Source: an uncultured Synergistales bacterium
GTDB taxonomy: Bacteria; Synergistota; Synergistia; Synergistales; JAFGMB01
Assembly: GCA_964410915.1 (NCBI GenBank)
Contig: CAYPIU010000001.1
Location: forward strand, 84,917 to 148,916
Direction: 5' to 3'
DNA length: 64,000 nt
The notes below the pieces were generated by a model, which was not told the origin of the DNA, ran no database searches, and saw only the letters and a list, made by a program, of their open reading frames with translations. Below, one piece after another: positions 9,329-19,254 of the stretch. How positions within the stretch are numbered: the first letter of the stretch is position 1; every line of letters begins with the position of its first letter. A program made the translations under genes and the position numbers.

Positions 9329-10409
9329 ATGGTATTGGAAGAACTGCGTTCACTGGTAAGTGAATTGCAGGACAGTCTTTGACCCGATTGCAGAAAAGCA
9401 AAGGGTTAAAGAACTTGAGAAGCTTATTTCAGAACAGGGCTTCTGGGAAAGAGACGATTCTCATGTTCTCTCAAAGGAATTTTCAGCCAGACAGAATAAG
9501 CTTTCCGAACTGGAAGATATTCAAAACAAGTATGAAGATATAAATGCCATTGCGGAACTTTTAGCTGAAGCCGAAGACAATGAGCTTCAAAAGGAGTTTG
9601 TTGAGAGCTCTTCAACCTTAAAGGCCAGGATCGAGGAAGATAAACTCAAGTTGCTACTCAATGAGGAATACGACGAAAGAAGCGCAATTGTCTCTATTCA
9701 CGGTGGTGCAGGTGGACTTGATTCCCAGGACTGGGCGGAAATGCTTTACCGTCTTTATCTCCGATGGGCGGAAAGAAGGAATTATAAAGTAAAGATCATG
9801 GATCTCCTTCAGGATGAAGAAGCAGGGATTAAAAATGTTACCTTTCTTGTGGAGGGAGAAAATGCACATGGTTATTTGAAGTCTGAGATAGGGGTACACC
9901 GTTTGGTCAGAATATCTCCCTTTGATACTGCGAAAAGAAGACATACAAGTTTTGCCTCTGTAGATGTTTCTCCGGATCTCCCAGATGACGTTGAGGTTGA
10001 TATAAAGAATGAAGATCTAAGAGTTGATACTTTCCGCGCGAGTGGAGCTGGCGGGCAACATGTTAATATGACTGATTCTGCTGTAAGAATCACTCATTTC
10101 CCCTCGGGAATAGTGGTAAGTTGCCAAAATGAAAGATCGCAGCATATGAATCGTCATATGGCCATGCAGATATTGAAATCAAGGCTTTATGAAAGAATGG
10201 TAAAAGAACGACAAAAAGAACTGGATGAGCTCCAGGGAGAAAAAATGGAGATAAGCTGGGGTAGTCAGATAAGATCTTACGTACTCCATCCCTACACTAT
10301 GGTAAAAGACCACCGGACAGATCATGAAACAGGAAATGTACAGGCTGTCCTGGATGGAGCTATCGATGATTTTATAATGGCATATCTGATGTGGAATAAA
10401 TGCAGATAG
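9329..10409 (+). CDS. prfB: peptide chain release factor 2 (requires a programmed +1 frameshift at 9377-9383)
   Basis: The short frame-0 ORF MVLEELRSLVSELQDSL ends at TGA 9380-9382 within CTT TGA C. The +1 frame continues as DPIAEKQRVKELE... and carries the SPF and GGQ motifs. An alternative in-frame start at ATG 9305 is possible. Confidence 0.9.
9368..9383 (+). promoter_or_regulatory. prfB autoregulatory +1 frameshift site
   Basis: cAGGAcagt CTT TGA C: an SD-like AGGA lies 4 nt upstream of the slippery CUU, followed by UGA C. Confidence 0.85.
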
Positions 10410-10458
10410 ATTTACACAGATCAGACTTTTACAAGTCAGACAAAAGGCGAGGTGCATT

Positions 10459-12282
10459 ATGAAAAAATTCTTTTTAAGCTTTTGCCTGTTTCTTTTCTGT
10501 CTGGTATTTTTACTTCCATCTCAAGGTTTTACGAAACCTTTTATTCCGAACAGCAGTGTGATGGATATTTCTGAAGTGAGACCAGGGATGAAAGGGAAGG
10601 CTGTTACAGTAATATCAGGCAGGACCAGGGTAAGTTTTCCAGTTGAGGTTATAAGTATGGTTCCCAGGAAAGGTTCTCCCGGAAACCTGATCCTTGTAAA
10701 AGCGAAGGGCCCTGTTATTGAAAAAACGGGTGGGATTGCTTCAGGTATGAGTGGAAGTCCTGTTTACATAAACGATAAACTTATCGGTGCCATAGGTTAT
10801 GGCTGGAATTTTTCCGAACATGATCTTGGACTCGTTACACCCTTAAAGGATATGGTTGATATCTGGGAATGGCCTGAGAATTACCCTGACTTTCCCTCTC
10901 CGGTCAAAGTAAAATATTCAGCATCTGATGATATAGAAACTGGATCCGAAAGCATGGATATTATTTCTGACAATGTTGATATCCTGCTTACAGAGGATGA
11001 GATCTTTTCGAAAAGCACGCCTCTCTTTGCAACGGGTCTAAGCAGGAGAGCCATGATGAACATCGGTAATATCCTTGAAGAAAAGATTGTTGCGGGCGGT
11101 ATGAGCAGTTCGCAACTTCCAGTTGAATATAAGGCTTCTCTAAAACCAGGTGACGCGGTTGGTGTTCTTCTTGCATGGGGAGACGTATCAATGGGAGCAA
11201 CTGGTACCCTTACATCGATATCGAATGAAGGAAGATTTATTGCTTTTGCACATCCATTTCTTAATAGGGGTAATGTTGCATATCCTCTTACTAGGGCATG
11301 GATACATGATGTTATCCCAAGTATTAAATCACCCTTCAAACTTGGGACTCCACTTTCTATAGTGGGATGTGTTACTCAGGACCGACCTCAGGGTATAGGA
11401 GGCAGAATAGGTCTTTTTCTCCCTTCTGTGGAGGTATCCTTAAACTTTGCGGATATTGAAACTTCTGATACTGTTCGAAAGAAGAAGAGATTTCAAATGG
11501 CTTATGATCCTTTTCTCATATCTACGATCTTTCCAGAAATGGTCCTGGGTTCCATAGATGATCTATGGGGAAGAAAAGGTGAAGGGACTTTCAGGGTCAA
11601 CCTTGAAGTAGAGGGTGGGACTCTTCCGAAAGGCTGGAGTGTAACAAACTATTTCTTTTCTGATAAAGATGTGGCTTCTGAAACTGTTGATAACCTGAAA
11701 GAAATAACAAATCTTATAGCACTTAATCCTTTTCGTGAGATCAAACCTTTAGGTTTCCACATGGATATAGAGGTTACATCACAACCAAAAGTCCTCTATA
11801 TCGAAAAGGTTTCTGTAGACAAAAAGATAGTCAAGCCTGGTGAGGAGATCAAAGTTGAAGTATTGCTGAGACCTTACAGAAAGAAACAGATCAAGAAGGA
11901 ATTTACCCTGAAGGTACCGGAGAAAAGTTTCGGCCCCTGTGAAGTTATTGTCCGTGGAGGAGGGATCTCTCCTCTTGGTCAGGAGTCTATTGCCCGTGGT
12001 CTTGACACGATCTCCTCATTTTCACAATTGCTTGAAGAAATGAGTGCAAGAGAAGCAAATAATGAGGTAATTCTTGAATTTGTTTTCAACAATAGTCCGC
12101 AATTTTCACCAGTTGGCAACAATTCTGATGAGTCTCAGGAGCTATTAAGTGAAGTTAAGAAAAGAAGGATGGAAGAAGGAACTTTAAGGATCTTTAAATC
12201 AAATTATTTTGTCGAAGGCCTCTTGAGGAAAACCGTAACTGTAGATCCCGGAAATATTAAGGAACCCAAAAACATAAAGTAA
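10459..12282 (+). CDS. secreted serine peptidase, SpoIVB-like (S55 family)
   Basis: N-terminal signal peptide (MKKFFLSFCLFLFCLVFLLPSQG). The GMSGSPVYINDKLIGAI motif resembles the SpoIVB GMSGSPI catalytic-Ser motif. Confidence 0.6.
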   Translation: MKKFFLSFCLFLFCLVFLLPSQGFTKPFIPNSSVMDISEVRPGMKGKAVTVISGRTRVSFPVEVISMVPRKGSPGNLILVKAKGPVIEKTGGIASGMSGSPVYINDKLIGAIGYGWNFSEHDLGLVTPLKDMVDIWEWPENYPDFPSPVKVKYSASDDIETGSESMDIISDNVDILLTEDEIFSKSTPLFATGLSRRAMMNIGNILEEKIVAGGMSSSQLPVEYKASLKPGDAVGVLLAWGDVSMGATGTLTSISNEGRFIAFAHPFLNRGNVAYPLTRAWIHDVIPSIKSPFKLGTPLSIVGCVTQDRPQGIGGRIGLFLPSVEVSLNFADIETSDTVRKKKRFQMAYDPFLISTIFPEMVLGSIDDLWGRKGEGTFRVNLEVEGGTLPKGWSVTNYFFSDKDVASETVDNLKEITNLIALNPFREIKPLGFHMDIEVTSQPKVLYIEKVSVDKKIVKPGEEIKVEVLLRPYRKKQIKKEFTLKVPEKSFGPCEVIVRGGGISPLGQESIARGLDTISSFSQLLEEMSAREANNEVILEFVFNNSPQFSPVGNNSDESQELLSEVKKRRMEEGTLRIFKSNYFVEGLLRKTVTVDPGNIKEPKNIK

Positions 12283-12301
12283 TCAAAGGTGTGAAAGGTA
12301 A

Positions 12302-12916
12302 TTGTTTATAACTCTTGAGGGAATTGATGGTTCAGGAAAGAGCACACAGGCAAGAAAACTATTCAATAATCTTTCACATAAACATGGTGAAAGTAATGTA
12401 GTCTGGACAAGAGAACCTGGAGGTTGGGAAAGAGGGGACTTAATAAGGGACTTGTTATTGAATGATAATCTCAAACACGATCATTCAGAATTATATCTTT
12501 TCCTTGTAGACCGGTGTGAGCATGTCAAGAGAGTGATCTTTCCCGCCCTTCTTGAGGGGAAAATCGTCCTTTGTGAGAGATATACAGATTCGACCCTTGC
12601 TTATCAGGTTTGGGGCAGGGGTTTATCTTTTGAAAAGGTAAACAGCCTTTTTCTCTGGAGTGAGTTCCCAATCCCCGAATTAACTTTATGGTTTGATATC
12701 AATGTTAATATTTCCCTCGAAAGACTTGTGGATAGAGGTTTTCATGACCGCATAGAGTCCGGAGGATATCCCTTCCTCAGAAAAGTGAGGCAAGGATATG
12801 AAGCTTTAAATAAAATGTATCCTGACAGAATAAAAAGAATCTGTGCCGACGGTTCTGAAGATTCAGTATCTAATGAGATATCGGAAATTATTAATAATAT
12901 TCAGAGTTTAAAATAA
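12302..12916 (+). CDS. tmk: thymidylate kinase
   Basis: P-loop LEGIDGSGKST and a DRY-like CERYTDS motif. TTG start. tmk-holB-ricT synteny. Confidence 0.9.
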   Translation: MFITLEGIDGSGKSTQARKLFNNLSHKHGESNVVWTREPGGWERGDLIRDLLLNDNLKHDHSELYLFLVDRCEHVKRVIFPALLEGKIVLCERYTDSTLAYQVWGRGLSFEKVNSLFLWSEFPIPELTLWFDINVNISLERLVDRGFHDRIESGGYPFLRKVRQGYEALNKMYPDRIKRICADGSEDSVSNEISEIINNIQSLK

Positions 12917-12945
12917 GATGTTCCTGAATATGTCTAATTCTGTTT

Positions 12946-13731
12946 ATGATGGTGATCTTTTTTATGGTTAATTCTGTTGATTTTATAAGAAACAGTAAGG
13001 GATTTAAAGATTTTATAAAATATCTTGAAGGAGGAACTCTTCCACAAGTACTTTGTGTGAAAGCTCCAAAGATTCTGCACGAGGACTGTTCCAGAGTATT
13101 TGCAAAAGCTATTTTATGCAATAATTATATTGGTGATGATAATTGTTCATCCTGTAAGGAATGGCATGATGGTTCACACCCGGACCTGATCTATTCGGGT
13201 CTTCCTGAAAAAGCTCCCGGAATAGACAGATGCAGGGAGATCCACAGTGAGTTGTGCTTGAGATCTGTGGTAGCAAAACATCGTGTTGCGGTTATATTTA
13301 TGGCGGACAGGCTTTCAGTCCATGCATCCAATAATATGTTAAAACTGGCGGAAGAACCTCCAGAAAATGCTGTTATCATTTTTTTGCTGGAAGAATATAA
13401 TCTTTTGCCGACACTCAGCAGTCGAGTATGGCCCGTAACTATTTCTCAACTACCACCTGCCAGTTCCAGACCAATTCCGGGATCAGACGAAGAATGGATA
13501 GAATGGTCCAGTGATCTACACAGGGAAGATACTGGTGAAATCTTAAAATTTATTGAAGCCTGGATCAGCTATGCACTTGAAAACGGGGAATATATCAAGG
13601 CGGGCAAAATGGAAAAGATAAGGATAATTGCAAAAAGTCAAAAGATCTCTCAGGCGATGCTGGAAGATCTTATTATCTTAACTATCAAGGAGGGAATTCC
13701 TTTTGAGCATATATTTGGTGATATTTGGTAA
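12946..13731 (+). CDS. holB: DNA polymerase III subunit delta'
   Basis: Size, the Cys-rich module CSSCKEWHDGSHPDL, and SRV (sensor-like SSRVW). Its position between tmk and ricT is typical. Confidence 0.7.
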   Translation: MMVIFFMVNSVDFIRNSKGFKDFIKYLEGGTLPQVLCVKAPKILHEDCSRVFAKAILCNNYIGDDNCSSCKEWHDGSHPDLIYSGLPEKAPGIDRCREIHSELCLRSVVAKHRVAVIFMADRLSVHASNNMLKLAEEPPENAVIIFLLEEYNLLPTLSSRVWPVTISQLPPASSRPIPGSDEEWIEWSSDLHREDTGEILKFIEAWISYALENGEYIKAGKMEKIRIIAKSQKISQAMLEDLIILTIKEGIPFEHIFGDIW

Positions 13732-14983
13732 ACCAAGGTATCTTGGAATAACAACTGTTGAAGATATTATCCTGGAGAAAGGCTGCAGGATTCTCATAGA
13801 AAGCATGAGGGGCCATGAAACTGGAATAGTGGCAGGTTCTCTCACGAAGGACCAGGAAGAAAAATTCAGAAATAACTGCAATGAGGAACAGACAGATGGT
13901 CAGGCAAAGGGTGGAGAACCTATGCTTCAGAATGTTGAATTAACAGGTTATCCTGATGCAAATGACTATGAGATCATGAAACAGCTGAGCAGTGATGAAG
14001 CAGAAGTTCTGCAAAAGTCCAGAAAGATCCTTTCTGAACATGAACTCCCAATGAAGGTGGTTGATGTTGAGTATATTCATGACAGAAAAAAACTTTTCTT
14101 TTATTTTACTTCTGAACAGAGAGTAGACTTTAGAGCATACGTAAGAGACCTGGCCAGAGAATTCAAAACCAGGATTGAATTGAGGCAGATAGGAGTCAGG
14201 GATGAAGCTAAAGCTGTCAAAGGTCTTGGTCCCTGTGGATTACCATGCTGTTGCAGCTATTGGCTCCAGTCCTTTACACCCATCTGTATAAAAATGGTAA
14301 AGGAGCAGAACCTCGCTTTGAATCCTACGAAAATATCCGGCATATGCGGACGCCTTATGTGTTGTATGAGTTATGAACATCCTACCTACCATGATCTTTG
14401 GAAAAAACTCCCTAAGCCTGATTCCAAGATAAAGACTCCCAAGGGCAACTTTGTCATAAATGGTGTCAATATAAAATCTGGATCAGTTTCATTGCGAACT
14501 CCAAATGGGAAAGAAGTAATGATCCCTGTGGATGAATTCGAAAATGTCAGAAAAAGAATAACCAGCGGTGAAACTTTAGATGAGCTTTATCAAAAAGGGA
14601 TCCTGGTCTCTGACAACGTCGAGATCGACAAGGTGGGAAAAGATGTACTATTTACAGATGACATGATATTCAGCTCAAAAACCGGACAATCACAGAATGT
14701 CAAAACTGATAAAAAGCAGGATCAGAAAATAACTGTCGGATCATCAAAAGAGGAAGGTTCAAAACAGAGATCCGATAAAGGTGAAAAGCAAATATCTCAA
14801 AATTCGAAAACTACAGATAACATAAAGAATAAAAATAAAAGAAGAAGAAAAAAGCCAACAAAACCAAAACATACTCCAAATGTAAACAAAGAAGAAAATG
14901 CAAAAGGGACTAAAGTGCCAAGACCAGCAAGGAAAAGAAAACCAAGAAAAAAACCGGATCAAAAGGGAAAATCTGACAAGTAG
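13703..14983 (+). CDS. ricT: PSP1-domain protein (RicT/YaaT-like) with a long Lys/Arg-rich C-terminal tail
   Basis: PSP1 core RIELRQIGVRDEAKAVKGLGPCGLPCCCSYW...CGRLMCCMSYE. The last ~100 aa are low-complexity and basic. Confidence 0.8.
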   Translation: MSIYLVIFGKPRYLGITTVEDIILEKGCRILIESMRGHETGIVAGSLTKDQEEKFRNNCNEEQTDGQAKGGEPMLQNVELTGYPDANDYEIMKQLSSDEAEVLQKSRKILSEHELPMKVVDVEYIHDRKKLFFYFTSEQRVDFRAYVRDLAREFKTRIELRQIGVRDEAKAVKGLGPCGLPCCCSYWLQSFTPICIKMVKEQNLALNPTKISGICGRLMCCMSYEHPTYHDLWKKLPKPDSKIKTPKGNFVINGVNIKSGSVSLRTPNGKEVMIPVDEFENVRKRITSGETLDELYQKGILVSDNVEIDKVGKDVLFTDDMIFSSKTGQSQNVKTDKKQDQKITVGSSKEEGSKQRSDKGEKQISQNSKTTDNIKNKNKRRRKKPTKPKHTPNVNKEENAKGTKVPRPARKRKPRKKPDQKGKSDK

Positions 14984-15063
14984 ATAATCAGGGCAGTCTT
15001 AAGATTCTTGTAAGATCCTGGAAATATAATCATGCAGAAGTTATGGAAAGAGGCTGATCTTTA

Positions 15064-15990
15064 GTGTTTCGTTCGATTGGTGGACGTATCAAAAAAGTGA
15101 AAAATAGCTGGAGTGGCAATATACTCAGTGTATTCAAAAATAACTACATCAATGAAGAATTCTGGGACGATCTTGAAGAGATACTTATATCGGGAGATGT
15201 AAGTATTGAACTTGTTGACGAACTTCTTGATATATTGAAAGACCATGTAAGAAAAAAGGGGATCAAGAATTCTTCTGTTCTTCTGGAAGACTTTTCAGAA
15301 ATACTTGAAGAAAAACTATCAGCTGTCAAAGGTATGGGGGAGGAGCCGTTATTGCAGGGATCTCCTTCGGTTATAATTCTGGTCGGGGTAAACGGATCCG
15401 GGAAAACTACCAGTGCAGCGAAGCTCGCGCAGAGGTATAAAGAAGAAGGTAAAGATGTATATTTTGCAGCTGCAGATACCTATAGAGCTGCTGCGATAGA
15501 TCAGCTTCAGATATGGGGTAAAAGAGCCGGTATAAGGGTAATAGCTCAGAAGCACGGCAGTGATCCTGCTGCTGTGGTATTTGATGCTATAAATGCAGCA
15601 AAGGCAGCAGGGGCCGATCTGGTAATTGTTGATACAGCAGGAAGGCTGCATTCCAGACATAATCTCATGGAAGAACTTTCAAAGATCCATAGGATATCAA
15701 TCAAAGAAGCTGGAACAGACAGTGTGGAAGTATTCCTGGTTCTTGATGCAGTTATGGGACAGAATGGTTTCAGGCAGGCTGAAGCATTCAACCAGATACT
15801 TGATCTTTCAGGTTTGATCCTTGCGAAATATGACTCAACAGCCAAAGGTGGTATTATTTTAACAATAGCGGATAAATTAAAACTTCCTATAAGATATCTT
15901 GGTCTGGGAGAGGATGTTCAAGATCTTACAAATTTTGACCCTGCTTCTTTTATAAAAGAATTACTTTCTAAAGATCAGGATTCTGCTTAA
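15064..15990 (+). CDS. ftsY: signal recognition particle receptor
   Basis: SRP-GTPase motifs GVNGSGKTTSAAKLA, DTAGRL and a TKxD-like AKYDSTAKGG. GTG start. Confidence 0.9.
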   Translation: MFRSIGGRIKKVKNSWSGNILSVFKNNYINEEFWDDLEEILISGDVSIELVDELLDILKDHVRKKGIKNSSVLLEDFSEILEEKLSAVKGMGEEPLLQGSPSVIILVGVNGSGKTTSAAKLAQRYKEEGKDVYFAAADTYRAAAIDQLQIWGKRAGIRVIAQKHGSDPAAVVFDAINAAKAAGADLVIVDTAGRLHSRHNLMEELSKIHRISIKEAGTDSVEVFLVLDAVMGQNGFRQAEAFNQILDLSGLILAKYDSTAKGGIILTIADKLKLPIRYLGLGEDVQDLTNFDPASFIKELLSKDQDSA

Positions 15991-16007
15991 GATCACATGG
16001 AGGCTGT

Positions 16008-16526
16008 ATGCATAGACTTCAAGTAAAACTGATCACCGGAATTCTCTATCCGGATAATATCCTTCTTGATTGGGTCAAAGAAAAGCTGACTTCTATCTGG
16101 GGGCCGTATGAGAGGATTAGTGATGAATATCTATTTGATAAAACGGATTATTACAGGGAAATCTCCCCTGTTCTTTTCAGGCGGTTTATATCTTTTAAGG
16201 GTTTGTTCGATCCAGGACAGATCGTTACCTGGAAAAGATCTTCCTGTGAGATCGAAGAACTGAGCGGAACATCGCGTAAAATTAACATAGATCCTGGCTA
16301 TGTTGATGGTGCCCGTCTTGTATTGGCTTCAACAAAGGATCATGCGCACAGAATATATATTTCTCAGGGGATCTTTGCAGAAGTTACCATGAGATACAGG
16401 TATGGAAGATGGGTTCCATTTGACTATACATTTCCGGACTTTGCATCCGGTATATACAATAACTTTTTTGAGCAGGTAAGAAATGACTGGCTGGTTCAAA
16501 AGTGTCCCGGGAGGCAATCGACATGA
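16008..16526 (+). CDS. DUF4416-like protein (function unknown)
   Basis: INIDPGYV ... HRIYISQGIFAEVTM matches my recollection of the DUF4416 core. Its end overlaps the purB start. Confidence 0.55.
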   Translation: MHRLQVKLITGILYPDNILLDWVKEKLTSIWGPYERISDEYLFDKTDYYREISPVLFRRFISFKGLFDPGQIVTWKRSSCEIEELSGTSRKINIDPGYVDGARLVLASTKDHAHRIYISQGIFAEVTMRYRYGRWVPFDYTFPDFASGIYNNFFEQVRNDWLVQKCPGRQST

Positions 16527-17818
16527 TCGAAAGATATGAAACAGAAACTATGAAGAAAATATGGTCTGAAGATAATAAATACAGGACATGGCTTAACGTT
16601 GAAATCGCTGTGTGTAAAGCGTGGGCTAAATCGGGTGTTATACCTGCTGAAGATCTCGATTCTATTCAAAACAAAGCGGATTTTGATGTCGACAGGATCA
16701 AAAAGATCGAACAGGAGGTACATCATGATGTAATTGCTTTTGTTACTGATGTTGCTGAAAGAGTAGGGCCCTCAGGAAGATATATTCATCTTGGGATGAC
16801 AAGTAGTGATGTTCTGGATACTGCATCGTCAGTACGGATAAAAGAATCTCTTGAAGTGATCCTGGTGAAACTCGAGAAACTCAAGCAGGATATATATAAA
16901 GCTGCCTGTAACAACAGATTTCTTCCCTGTGTTGGAAGGACGCATGGTATACATGCAGAACCATCAACTTTTGGACTGAAACTCCTTAACTGGTATTCTC
17001 AACTTGACAGGGATCACACAAGGATAAGCGAAGCTCTGGAACAAATTTCATACGGGAAACTTTCAGGGGCTGTTGGTACCTATGCCCACTGTCCACCTTC
17101 TATCGAAAAGGAAGTCTGCTCTGAACTTGGATTAAAGGCCGCTTCAGTTTCCACACAGATCCTTCAGAGAGACAGGCATGCTCAGGTTATCTCCTCACTT
17201 GCTTTACTTGCTTCATCTATTGAGAGAAGCGCTGTAGAAGTAAGGCACCTTCAACGAACAGAAGTCCTTGAAGTATTGGAACCATTCGGGACCGGGCAGA
17301 AAGGTTCATCTGCTATGCCGCATAAAAAGAACCCGATTATTTGTGAACGTCTTACCGGAATGGCAAGATTAATTAGAGGATATTCTCTGACGTCCATGGA
17401 GAACATTGCATTGTGGCATGAAAGAGATATCAGCCATTCATCGGTTGAAAGGATAATCTGGCCAGATTCTTTTCATATTATTGACTATATGCTGGATAAA
17501 TTTGCATCAGTTGTAAAAGGTATGATGCTGATACCGGAGAATATGCAAAAAAATCTTGATCTCACAAAAGGTCTTGTATTCAGCCAGAGGATATTGCTTG
17601 AACTTGTTGAAACCTTTGCTTTCAGCAGAGAGGATGCATACAGTATCGTTCAAAGAAATGCCATGAAATGCTGGGAGGGTGAAGGTTCCTTTATTGATCT
17701 ATTGTCCAAGGATCCTGATATTAATTGCCTTATATCATATAAAGAACTGGAAAAGCTGTTTGATTACCATTATTATTATAAATATGTTGATGAAATATTT
17801 GAAAGATTCAATAATTAG
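16523..17818 (+). CDS. purB: adenylosuccinate lyase
   Basis: Fumarate-lyase signature GSSAMPHKKNP. ATG 16523 lies 8 nt after GGGAGG and gives MIERYETE... Confidence 0.9.
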   Translation: MIERYETETMKKIWSEDNKYRTWLNVEIAVCKAWAKSGVIPAEDLDSIQNKADFDVDRIKKIEQEVHHDVIAFVTDVAERVGPSGRYIHLGMTSSDVLDTASSVRIKESLEVILVKLEKLKQDIYKAACNNRFLPCVGRTHGIHAEPSTFGLKLLNWYSQLDRDHTRISEALEQISYGKLSGAVGTYAHCPPSIEKEVCSELGLKAASVSTQILQRDRHAQVISSLALLASSIERSAVEVRHLQRTEVLEVLEPFGTGQKGSSAMPHKKNPIICERLTGMARLIRGYSLTSMENIALWHERDISHSSVERIIWPDSFHIIDYMLDKFASVVKGMMLIPENMQKNLDLTKGLVFSQRILLELVETFAFSREDAYSIVQRNAMKCWEGEGSFIDLLSKDPDINCLISYKELEKLFDYHYYYKYVDEIFERFNN

Positions 17819-17859
17819 GTAAAACTGCCAGTTTTAGCTTTTTGATGGGGGTAATGCTT

Positions 17860-18852
17860 ATGGCCGCTCCGGATAGAAATATGGCGTTAGAGCTTGTAAG
17901 AGGTACAGAAGCTGCTGCAATGGCTGCAGGTCGCTGGATGGGGAGAGGCGAAAAAAATGCAGCAGATGGAGCTGCTGTCCATGCAATGCGTAATATGCTT
18001 AACAGTGTTTGCATGGATGGTGTTGTAGTGATCGGAGAAGGAGAGAAAGATAAAGCTCCTATGTTATTCAATGGTGAAAGACTTGGGAACGGGGATCTTC
18101 CTGAAGTAGATATAGCAGTAGATCCTATTGATGGGACAAGACTGATCTCGCTGGGACTTCCTGGCGCTATAAGTGTCGTTGCAGTATCAGATAAAGGTAC
18201 AATGTATAACCCGGAGGATCTTTTCTATATGAATAAGATCGTCACTGGTCCTGAGGCTGCTGATGCTATAGACATAGAAGCTTCTGTGGAAGAAAACATA
18301 ATCAATGTGGCGAAAAAAAAGGGAAAAGCTATAGAAGATATTACCATTGTTGTACTTGATCGACCAAGACATGAAGATCTTATCTCAGATATAAGAAGAG
18401 TAGGAGCACGTATCAAAATGATACCCGACGGGGATATCGCAGGTGCGTTGCTGACATGTAAAGCAGAACAGGGTATGGATCTTCTGATCGGCATTGGAGG
18501 TGCTCCGGAAGCTGTTATTACCGCTTGTGCCATGAAGGCTCTTGGTGGAAACATGCAGTGTAAACTGTGGGCAAGAGATGCTCGTGATATTGCCAAGGCA
18601 AGAGAAAGAGGTATTGATCTTGATTCAGTTCTCGGACTCAATGATCTTGTTAAAAGTGACAATGTGTTTTTTGCTGCTACCGGTGTTACCGATGGAGAAT
18701 TCCTAGAAGGTGTTCGATACCAGGGCTCTAATATTCTGACAAGTTCGATCGTTATAAGGTCAAGATCCGGGACAATCCGTTATGTAGAAGCTGTCCATAA
18801 ACTTGAGAAACTACTTCATATAAGTGATGTAGACTACCTTAAGGGAATGTAA
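17860..18852 (+). CDS. glpX: fructose-1,6-bisphosphatase class II
   Basis: The N-terminus ...LELVRGTEAAAMAAGRWMGRGEKNAADGAAVHAMR is typical of GlpX. ATG 17860 lies 8 nt after GGGGG. The track ORF starts at 17842. Confidence 0.85.
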   Translation: MAAPDRNMALELVRGTEAAAMAAGRWMGRGEKNAADGAAVHAMRNMLNSVCMDGVVVIGEGEKDKAPMLFNGERLGNGDLPEVDIAVDPIDGTRLISLGLPGAISVVAVSDKGTMYNPEDLFYMNKIVTGPEAADAIDIEASVEENIINVAKKKGKAIEDITIVVLDRPRHEDLISDIRRVGARIKMIPDGDIAGALLTCKAEQGMDLLIGIGGAPEAVITACAMKALGGNMQCKLWARDARDIAKARERGIDLDSVLGLNDLVKSDNVFFAATGVTDGEFLEGVRYQGSNILTSSIVIRSRSGTIRYVEAVHKLEKLLHISDVDYLKGM

Positions 18853-18855
18853 TTA

Positions 18856-18884
18856 GTGACAGGAATGAATATTCGGTGTATTAT
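18856..18884 (+). promoter_or_regulatory. candidate sigma-70 promoter of the cold-shock gene (long 5' UTR)
   Basis: GTGACA - 17 nt - TATTAT. This would give a ~100-nt leader, as is common for csp genes. Confidence 0.35.
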
Positions 18885-18988
18885 AAATGATAACTTTTTA
18901 TCATCATCTTTACTGATTCATTGATGTAACTGTTCTGGGGTTCATCTTTTCAGAAGATGGTGAAATGTAACAGGGAGGAAGTTATTTC

Positions 18989-19186
18989 ATGAAAGGTACT
19001 GTCAAATGGTTCAACGCAACGAAAGGTTACGGGTTTATAACAAGCGAAGAAGGTAATGACGTATTTGTTCATTTCAGTGCAATCCAGATGGATGGATTCA
19101 AGACTCTCGAAGAGGGTGATTCTGTCTCATTTGAAGTAACTGAGGGAGAAAAGGGGCCTCAGGCTGCTAACGTAGTTAAGGACTAA
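18989..19186 (+). CDS. cspA: cold-shock protein, CspA family
   Basis: 65 aa with RNP1 KGYGFI and RNP2 VFVHF motifs. Confidence 0.9.
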   Translation: MKGTVKWFNATKGYGFITSEEGNDVFVHFSAIQMDGFKTLEEGDSVSFEVTEGEKGPQAANVVKD

Positions 19187-19215
19187 GTATCTTTAATATT
19201 TTACTGAACATTTCT

Positions 19216-19254
19216 AATGAGGTCCGGGTCCAGAACCGGACCTCATTAATTTTT
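19216..19254. terminator. bidirectional rho-independent terminator between csp (+) and hypF (-)
   Basis: AATGAGGTCCGG-gtccagaa-CCGGACCTCATT: a 12-bp stem followed by a T-run on the + strand. It abuts the hypF stop codon. Confidence 0.7.
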
